Below, piece after piece: positions 25,328 to 38,621 of a stretch of DNA of 64,000 bases. The stretch comes from Octopus sinensis. Taxonomy: Eukaryota. Each line of letters opens with the position of its first letter. The stretch's first letter is position 1. Made by a program: the position numbers and the translations under genes. The notes beneath the pieces are model-generated. The model did no database searches. It had not been told where the DNA came from and saw nothing but the letters and a program-made list of their open reading frames with translations. The stretch lies in the NCBI RefSeq assembly GCF_006345805.1, contig NC_042997.1:113708001-113772000 (forward strand). The letters run 5' to 3'.

Positions 25328-27167
25328 TTAATTTTGTAAGCAAATAATACAATATTACATAAGCATTTTCTTTTCTGGAAGCCACTTTGAGTAGCATTGC
25401 TCTACAGTATTTTTTCTAGTAAGCATTGTAAGTTCAAACCTCCCTGTGTCCAACTTTGTCTTTCACCCTTCTGAGGTCCATAAGTACGAGTCAAATACTT
25501 GTGATCAGCTAATCCCCCACCTTCCGAATTTACAGTTTTGTGTCTATGTTAAAAATAATTAAGAGCTTCTTTATTAGCAAATTTGCATGATGAGCTTTAA
25601 CTTTTTTCTTACTTGAGGTGGTGCTGTAGCAGGAGAGGTTAATGCTTGAGATTAAAGACTTATAATGGTTGTGGATCAGTCTTTTCTTTTCCAATCTGCC
25701 TTATGCTATGAAGACAATAGAACAAACAAATAAATCCAAAATATTATGAAATAGAGTAGGATAATGTTGATGTGGTGACCTCTGAAGATGGGGTTGACTG
25801 TTGCACAATGCTGGTGCTGGCAGGCTTAATGTTCCCAAGTTAGTTTGTTTTTTTTTACTTTTATTTGTTTCAGTCATTAGGCTGTGGCCATGCTGGAGTG
25901 CCACTTTGAAAAATTTATAGTGGAATTTTTAGTCAAATTAATCAACTCCAGTACCTTCTTTTTTTTTAACCTGGTAATTATTCTGTGGATATTTGGCCAA
26001 ACCACTAAGTTACAGGGCCATAAACACACCAACACCGGTTATCAAGTGGTGGTGGTGGTGGACAGACACAAAGACACATATACACAACAGGCTTCTTTCA
26101 ATTTCCATTGACCAAATCCACTCACAAGGTGTTGAGCAGCCTGAAGCTATAGCAGAAGACACTTGCAGAAGGTGCCATAGAGTGGGATTGAACCTGGAAC
26201 CATGTGGTTGGGAAATAAAGCTTCTTACCACACAGCCACTGAATATTCCATAAAACTTTCATTACAACCTTCTGTTAATTTCCTGTAATCACGAATATTC
26301 TGTCAACTCTCTTCAAAATATGTTGTTAATTATTAACATGCTGACTAATTATTTTAGTGACAAAATGTTTTCTATTTAAATCTTCATTCTGGAGGTATGC
26401 AGTGAATTGGTTTAGCTTCTAGTTAGCTATTTTCAGCTGTCCTGTGATTATAGGCATCCCAGCCACACTCAAAAAGATTAGAACATTCAGTTTAACTGAA
26501 TGTGTGAGTGTGTGTGTTGGTGAAGTGGTGTACACCCAGTGTCCAATATATCTATCTATCCTCTGATTTGAGGAAGATTTAGCTACTATTTCTATCTGAT
26601 TGAGAAGTGGTGTAAGGGCTCTGGTCATGCTAAAATTTTATTTTCAGGTTTTAAAAATTCAGTAACAAAAGTGAAAAAAGAAAAAAAAGACACTAAAAAA
26701 GATTAGAATATTCAGTTTAACTCTGAAACCTTGTACATTTGTTGATTGGTACAGCTAAATCTGTTGTTACTCCACAACAACATAACTTCACGATGCGGTT
26801 GACTGAACATCTTATCGTGCACTATCTATGTTATTTATTCTCTCTCTAAACAACTCTATTTTTCTGCACCAACCAAATTTGTACAGTACTGTACATGTTT
26901 ACATTGAGATTCTTACATTACTTCAGCAAGTAGGCTGAAAGTTTGCTTTGCTAATGAGGAAATTATAATAATAAATTGAAATATGCCTCAAGTTGTCCCC
27001 CTTATTGAAACCATTAAAATAACATCAGTCACTAATCTTTCTCTAGTTGTCTCTTTCTATCTAACTATTCATCTTTATTCAGTAAATTATTACTCTCTGC
27101 TAGAAATAGGTCATTGTCATCAATTTTTTACACACACACACACACACATTAAGTATCAATTATATGG

Positions 27168-27540
27168 TGGAGGTGCAATGGCCCAGCAGTTAGGGCAGTA
27201 GATTAACAGTCGTAGGATTGCAGTTTTATATTCCCAGACCAGATGTTGTGAGTGTTTATTGAGCGAAAACACCTAAAACTCCACGAGGCTCCGGCAGGGT
27301 GTGGTGGTGAACCCAGCTGTACTCTTTCACCACAACTTTCTCTCACTCTTTCTTCCTGTTTCAGTTGTCCCTGTATTTCAAAGGGGCCAGCCTTGTCATG
27401 CTGAATCTCTCTGAGAACTACATTAAGGGCACACGTGTCTGTGGAGTGCTCAGCCACTTGCACATTAATTTCACGAGCAGGCTGTTCTATTGATCAGATC
27501 AACTGGAACCCTCGTCGTCATAACCAATAGAGTGTTACAG
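27168..27540 (+). mobile_element. tRNA-headed SINE family E, single apparent full-length copy
   Basis: Head GGAGGTGCAATGGCCCAGCAGTTAGGGCAG with degenerate B-box, followed by a moderately GC-rich body distinct from the flanks. Confidence 0.55.
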
Positions 27541-30500
27541 TCAGTCATACACTCTACAGTAAATTCGAGCCACTCCATCTCACTTCTCCACTCCAGCTAC
27601 CTAGAGATCCCATAATGTGGTAATCATCAAGCTCCAAGAAATAGCTGCCAGCTTTCCATCAAATCACATTCAGTCATCATATAAAAAAGGACACTGAATA
27701 ACGCCCTAAATGTACTGTCTGAGAAATAAGACAGGATGGCCAAGTTCACCCTTATCAATGCAGCATTGTCACATCTGAACTACTTGTGGTCATATGTTTG
27801 ATTGGTCAGTGCTTACCTGAGGGCGAAACAACAACAGTGCTCATTATCTGTCTCGACATAATTATATTTAATTAGATTTTTAATACGTTGACATTAATTA
27901 TATAATTTACTAGCTTTCACTGACATTTCTTATCTTGCTTACTTCATAGTTTAGAAAATATAGGCTTTGACATTTTGAAATTACTTAAGAGAAGGCAATT
28001 TCAGTGAATTTTTACTTTTATACCCATCATTATCATTTAACGTAAATTTCCCATGCTGGCATGGGTTGGAAGGTTTGATAGGAGCTGGTAAGACCAAGGG
28101 CTGCACCAGGCTCCATTGTCTGTTTTGATATGATTTCTATGGCTGCCAGAGACTGAGACAAGATGCTTTACTGCATCTGTTCCACTTTGCATTCTGACAG
28201 CAACAACACTGGTGCTAAGCTGTATTGGCCCTAAGACATTGGTTTTTCCCTTGGATAAACACTGGTGGCACACAAAAGAAAGAATTTTATGTGTGGGCAC
28301 CTGCCAATCTTTCTCAAAAAAATCATGCCCAGGTCTGTGCACATCAAGTATATGCATGGTCATCCTTAACTGGCAGAGATATGGTATAGTAGAAGAAACT
28401 TCTAAAAGTTTATGATAAAATTTGTATATTATGTAACTAACTCGCGGAGTGGTTGACATTAGGAAGGGCATCCAGCTGTAGAAACTCTGCCAGATCAGAC
28501 TGGAGCTTGGTGCAGCCCCCGGCTTCCCAGACCCCAGTCGAACTGTCCAACCCATGCTAGCGTGGAAAACAGACGTTTAAACGATGATGATGAATTAGTG
28601 ATGTGTGTATGTAAGATTTAGATACCTTTACAAGATGCAGCAAAAATAACCTCCCATATTAGCTACATAAAGACACCATTACTACTTGCTTAGTTTCATT
28701 AGTGCCACACCAGTGGTTGTGTAAATTGTGAACAGAAAAACCTTTACCTTACTGACATGGCACTCGTGAAGCTAGGCAGGTGATAATCAGTGCCTTCAGG
28801 TAGCTGATGTGGTCTTTTGCTGCACCTTGTAGATGTAGCATTACAGTTGGCAACTTGAGCCAAGAGACCTCACTATAGCCACACGACCTGCTAGAAATAG
28901 CAGTCAAATCGTTCAGATTACATACATTTTATATAAATGATAGAAAACATTAGATAAAACAATCTTGCATATTCCCCAAAATATGGTCATGGTCTGTTCA
29001 GGGCTAAAAACAGACAACCAGCTCTCTCCTTAATCATATCCTACCATGTTGTATGAGGGGGTGTTAAAAAGTTGCTGGCTTGGGGTAAAAGAAAATATAG
29101 GAGGATCAGTTAATTATGATTTTATTCAACATATTCTTCCCATCTCAGATTCACACACTTATCATAGTGGTCCTTTGGTTTTTCTAAGCCCTGTAAAAGA
29201 GCTTGGAAGGTTGGGTCTCCAACCAGGCCTTTCAGGATACCTTTAAAACTAGGAACTTTTCAGCATCCCTTCGTATAAAAAAGGAGTAGGAATAATTATG
29301 ACTGAAACACCTTTAGTCATTAGGTCTGCTATATATATTGTAAAGGTATTCCAGCCATGATCATCCTATCATTTTGCATATCAAGGACAACATTGTACAA
29401 TATATTCTTTATTTAAGACTAGGTTGTTGAGGGACATTTGGCTGTTATTTCTAGGAGATCAAGAAAACAGGTGAGGATTGATGACAGGAAGAGTATGAAC
29501 CTTTTAACAAATTCCTATTTTTGCAACAGTGTTGTTGAAATAAGAATTTCAGCTCTGAACTTACTGAGTGCTTTTACCATAACCACTATTCATACTACTT
29601 GTGTTAAAGATGAGTAAAGTGTAAAATTCTCTAAGTTTGTAAGCCACTGGTAGGGGAGTTTCTGGCATTTAGTGATTTGTGATTTAAGAACAAGGCCAGC
29701 AGTTTTGAAGGCAAGGGGTTTAGTTGATTACATTGATTCTTGACCACTTTACTAGACCGATACTTTATTTTGTTGACCCCACAATGATGAAGGAAAGATT
29801 TGAACTCAGACTAAATAGCCAGAACAACTATCCAAGGCATTTTTCATGATGCATTCATTGAATATATTCAATATTACCATTATTATCGTTGTTCCTTATT
29901 TTACTGCCTCCAATGACTCCAGAGCAACAAGTTTAATGATCTATGTGGTTATTTATATATTTTTTCTAGATGTTAAATAAAGAATACAGGCCAGATGTAA
30001 CTAAAGTGTATTTAGCATTATTAAAGCAAATTAACATTGCTTAGACTGGATGGGTTAGTAAGGGAGAGAACTCTAATATTTTCTCCGTTAAAATTTCGTT
30101 CAACTTTTCCTTAGATTTTTTAAGTTACTGGGCAACTAAAGTATAGTAATTAGTCTTAATTAAAAGAAGAAAGAAAAACAAATCTATCACAGAATTGACT
30201 GTTATAATTAATCTCCAGATTCCTGAATCCAACACAGTCCATTATTGCTTCTCAGGTGTTCAGTCAAGATCTAAGTACTTCTATTGATATTAAAACTATT
30301 ATCATTTTCATGTTTTAATTTGACATCTCTTTATATTCCAAGTTCAAACCCCACCATAATCAATTGTCTATTCCCACCAAAATGTTTGATGTTGTGTTAG
30401 AAATCAAGATGATACTTTAGTTCTTGTCTCCTCTAGTCAATTGATAACTAGTATGATTTCACTTGGTATCCAGTGAAGACTGGGTGAGGGTGGAGGTATT

Positions 30501-32174
30501 TTCACTTGCAATGAAAATTGTCTAGTTTTGTTTTTATATTTGGGCTTTCATACATCAACAGGAAAATGAACTACAATAATAACAAATTGCAAACGATCAG
30601 ATACAATCACTCTTCCCCAGTGATTTCACACTAAGCCTCAAATGCTGCAGTAAATGGAGTAATTGAACTTAATTCAACAACAAACACAAGAAAGAGAACT
30701 ATAACGGCATGTTTAATTGCAAGCCAAAGTATCCTCTCTCTCTCTCTCTCTCTCTGTAAGAGAGAGAAATTTTCTAGGGAAAAATTTAACAACTGCATTT
30801 TAATTGCAAGCCAAAATATCAAAAGAAAAAGAATATCTCTGAAGAAAACAGAAATATCTTTGCTGGCCACAAACCAATGAAATTAGCTGCTGGCTAACGA
30901 AAATGGAGAGACTGTGCTCAAAAACCACTGAAATCAATATCTTCTTTTTATATTTCTAAAAGGTGGGCAGTAGTAATGATAGCAAAATCAGTAAAAGAGC
31001 TGTTTTTAGTCAAGGTTTTGTCCTGAGTTCAAAATTCACTAGGGTCTATTTTGCCTCTTTTTTTTTTTTGTGTAGTAAAATAAAATCCATTTAAGTACTA
31101 AAATCTGTTTATTATTTCCCTTGTTAAAAATTAATACTAACTTGCTTTTAATGCTAGAAATCAATATTATTTCTTATTTTCTTTTAATATTAAAAAAAAA
31201 AAATTTAATATAATGGATACTACTGGAAACTAGAGTTATCATCACCATTTTAATATTCATTTTTCCATGTTTGCATGGACCAGATGGAATTTGTTGAGGT
31301 AGAATTTTCAACAGCCATGTAAGGTAATATTTCCCATGGCCAGGCATTTTCCACAGAAGACTGAAAACAAAGAATATCCCTTGTAAGATGCTGATGCTTG
31401 TTTACATCATATAATGTCAAAACAAAAGTACACTCAAATACACACAGTCAGGCTTCTTTCAGTTTCTGTTAACCAAGTCCATTCACAAGGCTTTGGTTGG
31501 CTCAGAGCTATAGTAGAATTCACTTGCCCAAGATGCCACACAGTGGGACTAAACCTGAAAGCACACAGTTGGCAAGGAAACTTCTTAATCATACAGCCAC
31601 ACCTGTACCTTATGTTTTAGTGCTGGTGATACGTAAAAGGCACCCACTACATTCTTGGAGTTAGGAAGGACATTCAGCTGTAGAAACCAAGCCAAAATCA
31701 TACTGGAACCTGGTACAGCTCTCTGGCATAGCAATTCCAGTCAAACCATCCAACCCATGCCAGCATGGAAAACGGATACTACATGATGATGATGATGATT
31801 TTTGTTATGTTGCTATTAATAACAAAGGTAAAACAAACCTCAAATTATTGAGTGCTGTAGCTATTTGAAAATATCAGTTCAAATCTGTACTTCACATATT
31901 TATTTTGCTTGATGCAAAGTTGTAAGGCCAAATGGTTATGGTGTTCAGCTCACAATAATAAAATCACTGGTTCATTTCCTGGACTTTCAGTTTAAGGTGC
32001 AAGAGGTGAGATGATAAATGTAGCAGTATATGTGAATGGGATGACTTTTTAGTTTCTCATACTTATCTAATCAATTTAAACATCTGTGTAAAGCTGGTAA
32101 TTCACAACAGGTTAAGGAAGGTATACAATAACCCTGATGAAAAAGAAACTAATACTAAAGCAGCAAAAAACACC

Positions 32175-32445
32175 TCACTGGCACCTGTGCCGGTAGCATG
32201 TGTAAAAAAGATTCGAGCGAGGTCGTTGCCAGTACCGCCTGACTGGCCCCCGTGCTGGTGGCACATAAAAGGCACCCACTACACTCTCGGAGTGGTTGGC
32301 GTTAGGAAGGGCATCCAGCTGTAGAAACTCTGCCAGATCAAGGTTGGAGCCTTGTGCAGCCATCTGGTTCGCCAGCCCTCAGTCAAAATCGTCCAACCCA
32401 TGCTAGCATGGAAAGCGGACGTTAAACGATAATGATGATGATAAT
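32175..32445 (+). mobile_element. Dispersed repeat family B (RTE 3'-end-derived, (GAT)n tail), representative young copy
   Basis: Core GTTGGCGTTAGGAAGGGCATCCAGCTGTAGAAAC...CAACCCATGCTAGCATGGAAAGCGGACGTTAAAC(GAT)n. Other copies at ~8960-9240(-), 13500-13690(+), 16725-16915(+), 28030-28200(-), 28440-28595(+), 31620-31800(+), 32670-32930(+), 36740-36915(-), 40075-40390(-), 41100-41290(-), 42215-42370(-) and 44371-44726(+). Confidence 0.85.
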
Positions 32446-34544
32446 GATTACTGTTTCAACAGCAAATGCACAGTGTTCACTGCTGCAAACCATAATTGTA
32501 GGCAAAAACACAATAATCGTAAAGCATTAGCAATATGAAGACACTATTATTACTTGCCTCACTTCATTAGTGTCACACCGCATGGTTATGCAAGATGTGG
32601 GAGATTTTTCTGCTGCATTCTACACTAGCACTAGAAAGAAGAAAAGAGAGTTAAAGAACAGTTACATGTTTTTGGTGTTGGCATGTAAAAAACACCATTT
32701 GAGTGTGGCCGTCGCCAGTACCACCTGACTGGCCCTCGTGCCGGTGGCACGTAAAGGCACCCACTACACTCTCAGGGTGGTTGGCGTTAGGAAGGGCATC
32801 CAGCTGTAGAAACTCTGACAGATCAAGATTGGAGCCTGGTGCAGCCATCTGGTTTGCCAGTCCTCAGTCAAATCGTCCAACCCATGCTAGCATGGAAAGC
32901 AGACGTTAAACTATGATGATGATGATAATGTAGTTTCCATGAATTGTAAGATTTTCTTTATGCTAGGTGGATCCTTGAAAATAAATTACACCTCCAACTG
33001 TTACAGCCTTTTATATATTTCATTGAAATATATAAATACTATAAGATTTCTGGATAATCTCCACACAAGTATAAACACGATTCCATACAACCTGCTCAGG
33101 ATAGACTATAGTTCAAAGGAATATAACTACAAAGCAGAGGTGTGGCAGCTGTCAACAAAATTACTAATCACAGCTAAGCAGGGATCTAGATTTGACATAC
33201 TAACTATAGCAACCACCAAATGAATCTTCTGCTTGCAGAGCCAGAGATGAAAGAGTGAAAGTAGGAGCTCTCGATATGGTCCCTTAGCCTGCTATAAATA
33301 ACAAACAAAAAGCAAACAGGACCATATTTTCTGAAAATAGATGGGATGATCATGGTTTGAAAGCTTTTACCATAAGTCTACTTAATAACCACCTGAGCAC
33401 TAAACAGCAATATTCATTCAGTGATCAATTAAATATCAGTCTTTATCATCTTCAACTGGAAGGACTGAGTGAACCCAATGGAATCAAAGGCACAGTGGAC
33501 CTCTGTGGGATTTGAACTCAGAACAACATGAAAGGATGTAACTAAATACGACAAGGCATTTTAAGTAAATTTTTACTATTACACCCATATCACTTTGAAG
33601 GTGAAATTTTACTCAAAGAATGAGTGATTTCCAACAGTTTTGATGTTCAGATCCCTTCAAACTACAACTAGAAGAATAAGATAAAACAATAAATTTCTCC
33701 TTTTTTATGTTTTAAATGACTCCAACCGTAAAAACCATGGGAAATCACTTTTTCTTTAAGTAAAATTTCAGCTTCAAAGTGAAGCAGCAGGTGTAATAGT
33801 AAAAGTTCACATTTTCTAAGCAATATTAAGCAAACTATTTTAGTTTGTAATGACTTCAGGTAAATGCCAATTCTAGCAGAAAAGTAGTAAACTCTAAGAT
33901 GGCAAGGAATTCTTCAATGAAATAAATTAAATTAATCTGTTTTAAATAATAATAAATTAATCTCTTTAAATATTGACAAAATTAGAATTTAAAAAATAAT
34001 TTATAAGCCCAAAAATTCACTCTATAATTGCCTATGAGCATATAGCATAGTGGATAAGAGCACAGGCTACTGACTCTCAAATTCTGAGTTCAATCCCAGG
34101 CAGGGACTTAAATAATATCAACAAAAAATAACATCAGAAAAAAAACCCCAATACTTTAGAAATGAGAACAGAGTACCTCATTAGTCAAATAAAGGGTTGG
34201 GTTTGAAACTCTGGTGGAGTACATCAGCTGAAACATTGTGGTAACAACAAACAAGATGAGGACATCTATCCATCCATTCTAAAGAATGTACGTAATTCCT
34301 CCTCTCAAAAATATAGAATAGATTTCTGAGTAATTCAGTTTATTACTTGATCTCCTGTGATTGAAGTAAAACTAAGCATTTACTAGAGTCATTAATAGTA
34401 CTGTTAACTGACCAAATCCATTCACATTATTATTTTGGATTAGAAACTTAGTCAAAATATTGTAAAAAAGGAAATGCATAATTTACTCATGTCTGTTTAT
34501 GGGTTGATGCATTTGTGTATGTATTTATTTATGAGTGGATATAT

Positions 34545-34576
<32 letters not shown>

Positions 34577-35634
34577 TCATGAGTAGATGCTTTTGTGTGT
34601 TTGTGAATAATAAATGAATGCATCCATGTGCTCGTTTGTAGATAAATGCACACCTGTGTGTTTGTAGAGGGATGCATTTGTATGTCTATGTGAGCATTTG
34701 GATGGTTGTAGTTTCATGTGTATGTATGTGAATGAATACTTACATGCATGTGAGTGTATGTCAGTCTCAGAGATTTTCTTTTTTCTTTTTTCAAATGAAA
34801 AAAAAAAAAGAAATATAAATTTTTTATTCAAATCTTTCTTTTAAAATATTTAGCCAGATTTTATATTTTATTTGGAAGTTGTTATTTTTCACTAATACTT
34901 CAAGAAGAAATATTGATCTTTTATTTAAATTGTCATGCTTAGGTAGACTTTACTGAATTATGTTCTCTCTCTAATATAATATCCCGCTTCAGTTTACATG
35001 CATATCCTTCTTTAGCTATGGAACAAAATTGAAGACATGGTGCTTTATAGATACATTTATATTATTTTTAAACATTAAGTTAAACACTTTGCAAGCATGA
35101 ATCCAAGATGGAAAAGCCACAAAACTCTTTAACTGTTCACTTTATCATCTGCTACTAATATTTTTTTTTTCTTTCATAAAACAATTGGCTGATTACTAAG
35201 TATTTGAAATTAATTATGATATATATTCCCAAATAGAGAATTGATGCATAAATATGAAAAAATAGATTCACAGATAAAGAGACCATTAAACTTCAACATG
35301 TTTATTACATTGCAGTTATTCCATGAGACCAACTTTCAAATATATATATAAAATCAGCTAAAATGATCTTTAGTAGCAACATATTTGGAATAAAAGCAGA
35401 AATCTCACATATAAATTTCACATAATGTGTTCAACAGCTGTTTCGTTAAGAAAAACATCATTAAATGTATAATTACATAATTGCGATATAAAGTTGACTT
35501 GATTAAAATTTTTTAACAATGTATCTGTAATTATGCACATAATGATGTTTATTTTAATGAAACAGCTGTTGAACTCTATGTGAAATTCATGCTCTCCTGT
35601 TTCTATTTTAAGTATTATATATATATGTTTAGCA

Positions 35635-35741
35635 GAAGCAACAGAGTGACTCAAGGGTTGAGAGTTCCGTGCATTGGCACTTACCAAATTAGTTAACCAA
35701 ACTAGTCACGAAACTCAACCCTTGAGTCACTCTGTTGCTTC
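35635..35741. repeat. Short foldback element with perfect 28-bp inverted arms
   Basis: GAAGCAACAGAGTGACTCAAGGGTTGAG (35635-35662) and its exact reverse complement (35714-35741). A diverged partial copy in opposite orientation lies at ~36105-36170. Confidence 0.88.
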
Positions 35742-37190
35742 AGATTGAAGACCCATGAGCTTATATAATTGATGAGAATTACATTTTCCTCTGGATTGTT
35801 CTAGATCTAATTTTGAAACCAAAACACTGTCACATTGATAAGTCATATTTTTCAAATAGTTTGCCCATTATGTCATTCAATAAGTAAATACATAAATAAA
35901 AAAAGAAACCTTGTGTGAGTGTGAAGAGATGCACAAGGTTTCTGTACTTATTTATGTAATAATAACTTATTGAACAACATAATGGACAAACTATTTGAAA
36001 AATATGACTTATCCATGTGACATTGTTAAGGTTTTAAAATTTAATCCTGAACCATCCAGAGGATAATGTAATTCTCACCAGCTATATAAGCCCATAACCT
36101 TTCAAACTGTAACTAGCTTGATAAGTGCCAATGCATGAAACACTGGGTCCTTGAGCCACTCTGTTTCTTCTAAATATTAATAAAAATATATATTTGGAGT
36201 TCTATTTTCACTGTTTACATCCCCCTACCTATATATATTACTGGGTTTTTTTCTTCTTTATTATAGAATTTACAGCTCAGTTGGACAGTTATGGTAGTTT
36301 ATTCGCTATGATTGTGGATCTAAGTCCAACCAGATGCATTTCTCTCATATAAAAATAAGGCTATAGTAAAATTTGTTAAAGCTTTACCAGTGTGGTTATA
36401 CCATAGCAGAATAATAGTATAGCTAATTTCTTTGATTTCATTCCATACTTAAGATGGTTTACTTGTTGATGTGAAGATAAAAGAATAACATAACAACTAT
36501 CAAACTAGAAGAGAAGTGTATAACAAAAGATATAGTTTTTTTTCCTATAGTACAACCTATGTGGATTTACACCATATCAGTAATCAAACACTTATGAGAA
36601 AATACAATTTCAAAACAAATGTATTTCATGGTTCTCTATAAACTTCTAACAACCTTAGTTTTCAAAATAATTATGAAATTTTTATGAGCATTACAAGTTC
36701 CACATGAATATCTTTATGTTTATGTGTGTGATCTTCATCATCATTTAACATCCATTTTCCATGCTGGCATGGGTTGGTCTGTTTGACTGAAAACTGGTAA
36801 GCTAGGGAGCTGCAGCAGGTTTCAATCTAATTCAGCATAGTTTCTACAGCTGGATGCCCTTCATAATGGCAATCACTCCAAAATTGTTGCAGGTGCTTTT
36901 TACATGCCACTGGTGTGTGTGTGTGTGATCGACTTTTATTAGCTCACTCTCTCCATCAAATCAACATTGTCTAAATGGGTGAACAGTGTACCATATATCA
37001 GGTGTCAAAGTGATCACAGAGCAATGCGGGATAAAGTGTTTTGCTCAAGAACACAATGCACAGGAATGGCTGTGTAGTTAAGAAGCTTGCTTCACAACCA
37101 CATGATTTTGAGTTTGGTGTCACTTTTAGCAAGTGTCCTCTATTGTATAGCCTTGAACCAACAAAAGACTTGGTAGATGGAAAAAATAAA

Positions 37191-37197
<7 letters not shown>

Positions 37198-37252
<55 letters not shown>
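37198..37252. repeat. Pure (AT)n microsatellite
   Basis: Directly visible; about 27 uninterrupted units. Confidence 0.95.
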
Positions 37253-37257
<5 letters not shown>

Positions 37258-37398
37258 AAATAATTTGGGAAAATGAATTTCCAGATCAATTAGGTACAAC
37301 CCTTCTGCATTACATGCATCTGCATAGCGTAACTTGGGGTTTTATTTATCATATATTTATCTAGAAATATACAAAGTATCTAAAAAAAAAAGTCAATA

Positions 37399-37974
37399 AT
37401 AATTCAGTTTTGGGGATTAATAGATATCCAGGTATCCTATTTCAGATAATACAAAAAAAAACAACCTAATGAGTATATCTAAAAGTAAACTCATGGTATC
37501 CATTTGCACATCACAAAATAATACTTAAAGGACATAACCATTATACCAGCAGGGTATATACTATACTTCCTTAATTATCTCCTACTTTAGTTAACACTAA
37601 ATTAATATAATAATATTTTGAAAAAGAACCTGAAGATGTGTTGGAATAATTGTAAATCTGATGATTGCATATATGTATTTATATATGTATACTATTGTGT
37701 GTATGTATATATATTGTAATCTTCAATACTGAAACATGTGTAGTTTCTTCATATTTAATTAATTTAGTGTCAACTAAAGTAGGAGATAATTAAGGAAGTA
37801 TAGTATATACCCTGCTGGTATAATGGTTATGTCCTTTAAGTATTAGTTCGTGATGTGCAAATGGATACCATGAGTTTACTTTCAGATATACTGATTAGGT
37901 TTTTTTTTTGGTTTTTTTTTGTATTATTTGAAATAGAATACCCACATATCTATTAATCCCCAAAACTGAATTAT
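37399..37974. repeat. Long inverted repeat: ~208-bp arms (37399-37606, 37758-37974) with ~150-bp spacer
   Basis: Manual alignment gives about ten substitutions and one indel in an A-run, with an uninterrupted identical stretch of more than 70 bp. Confidence 0.92.
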
Positions 37975-37983
37975 ATATATAGT

Positions 37984-38018
<35 letters not shown>

Positions 38019-38621
38019 GTAAGTTATGTGTATTCGATAGCATTTACACTTCTCCATAAAATTGCTCAGCTAAAGGCAGTGATGTTGCTGTCATTTCCCC
38101 ATCAATAAATTATTCATTGGCTTTACACCTTGAAAGACATGTTAAGTATGAGATTGCTTACTTGAAAAAACAGATAAGGGTTAGCAACAGGAAGGGCACC
38201 TGGCTGTAAAACAACACCTCAATGATATATTTGACTAACTCATGCTATCATGGAAAAACAGGCATAAAATGAATGAAAAATACATAATGTGAAGAGATGT
38301 TTGTAATGTTGTTTATATTAAAAATATACAAATTAACAGTAAATGTATATGATTATTCTTGGTTGTTAGTTTCAATAAGATATACTTTCTGTTATATCTT
38401 AATACCTTATGTCATATAAAATTTAGGTTTAAGACTGTTATCTTAAAGTCTGTGATTTTTAATTTTATATTATGATTTTTTTAATGGTTTATAATCAAGA
38501 AATATCCAAAGAATTCCTTTGTTTTTACATTTTGTGATTTTGCATTTTTTTTTTTTTTTCCAAATTTTCTTTGAAACAAGAAGATCTTTACCATCTATTC
38601 TTTGTTTCTTTTTCTTCAGGA

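Noticed and set aside
32133-32150. CTGATGA...GAAAC as a second hammerhead
   Set aside because: Only AAAA lies between the motifs; no stem II or stem I.
32175-32363. Recurring peptide LQLDALPNANHSESVVGAF in many ORFs
   Set aside because: Translation of the family B / RTE 3' UTR repeat; frames differ between copies and there are no splice signals.
38571-38619. ORF-track starts at 38571, 45630, 47449 and 53850
   Set aside because: These N-terminal extensions are intronic polypyrimidine tracts upstream of clear AG acceptors.
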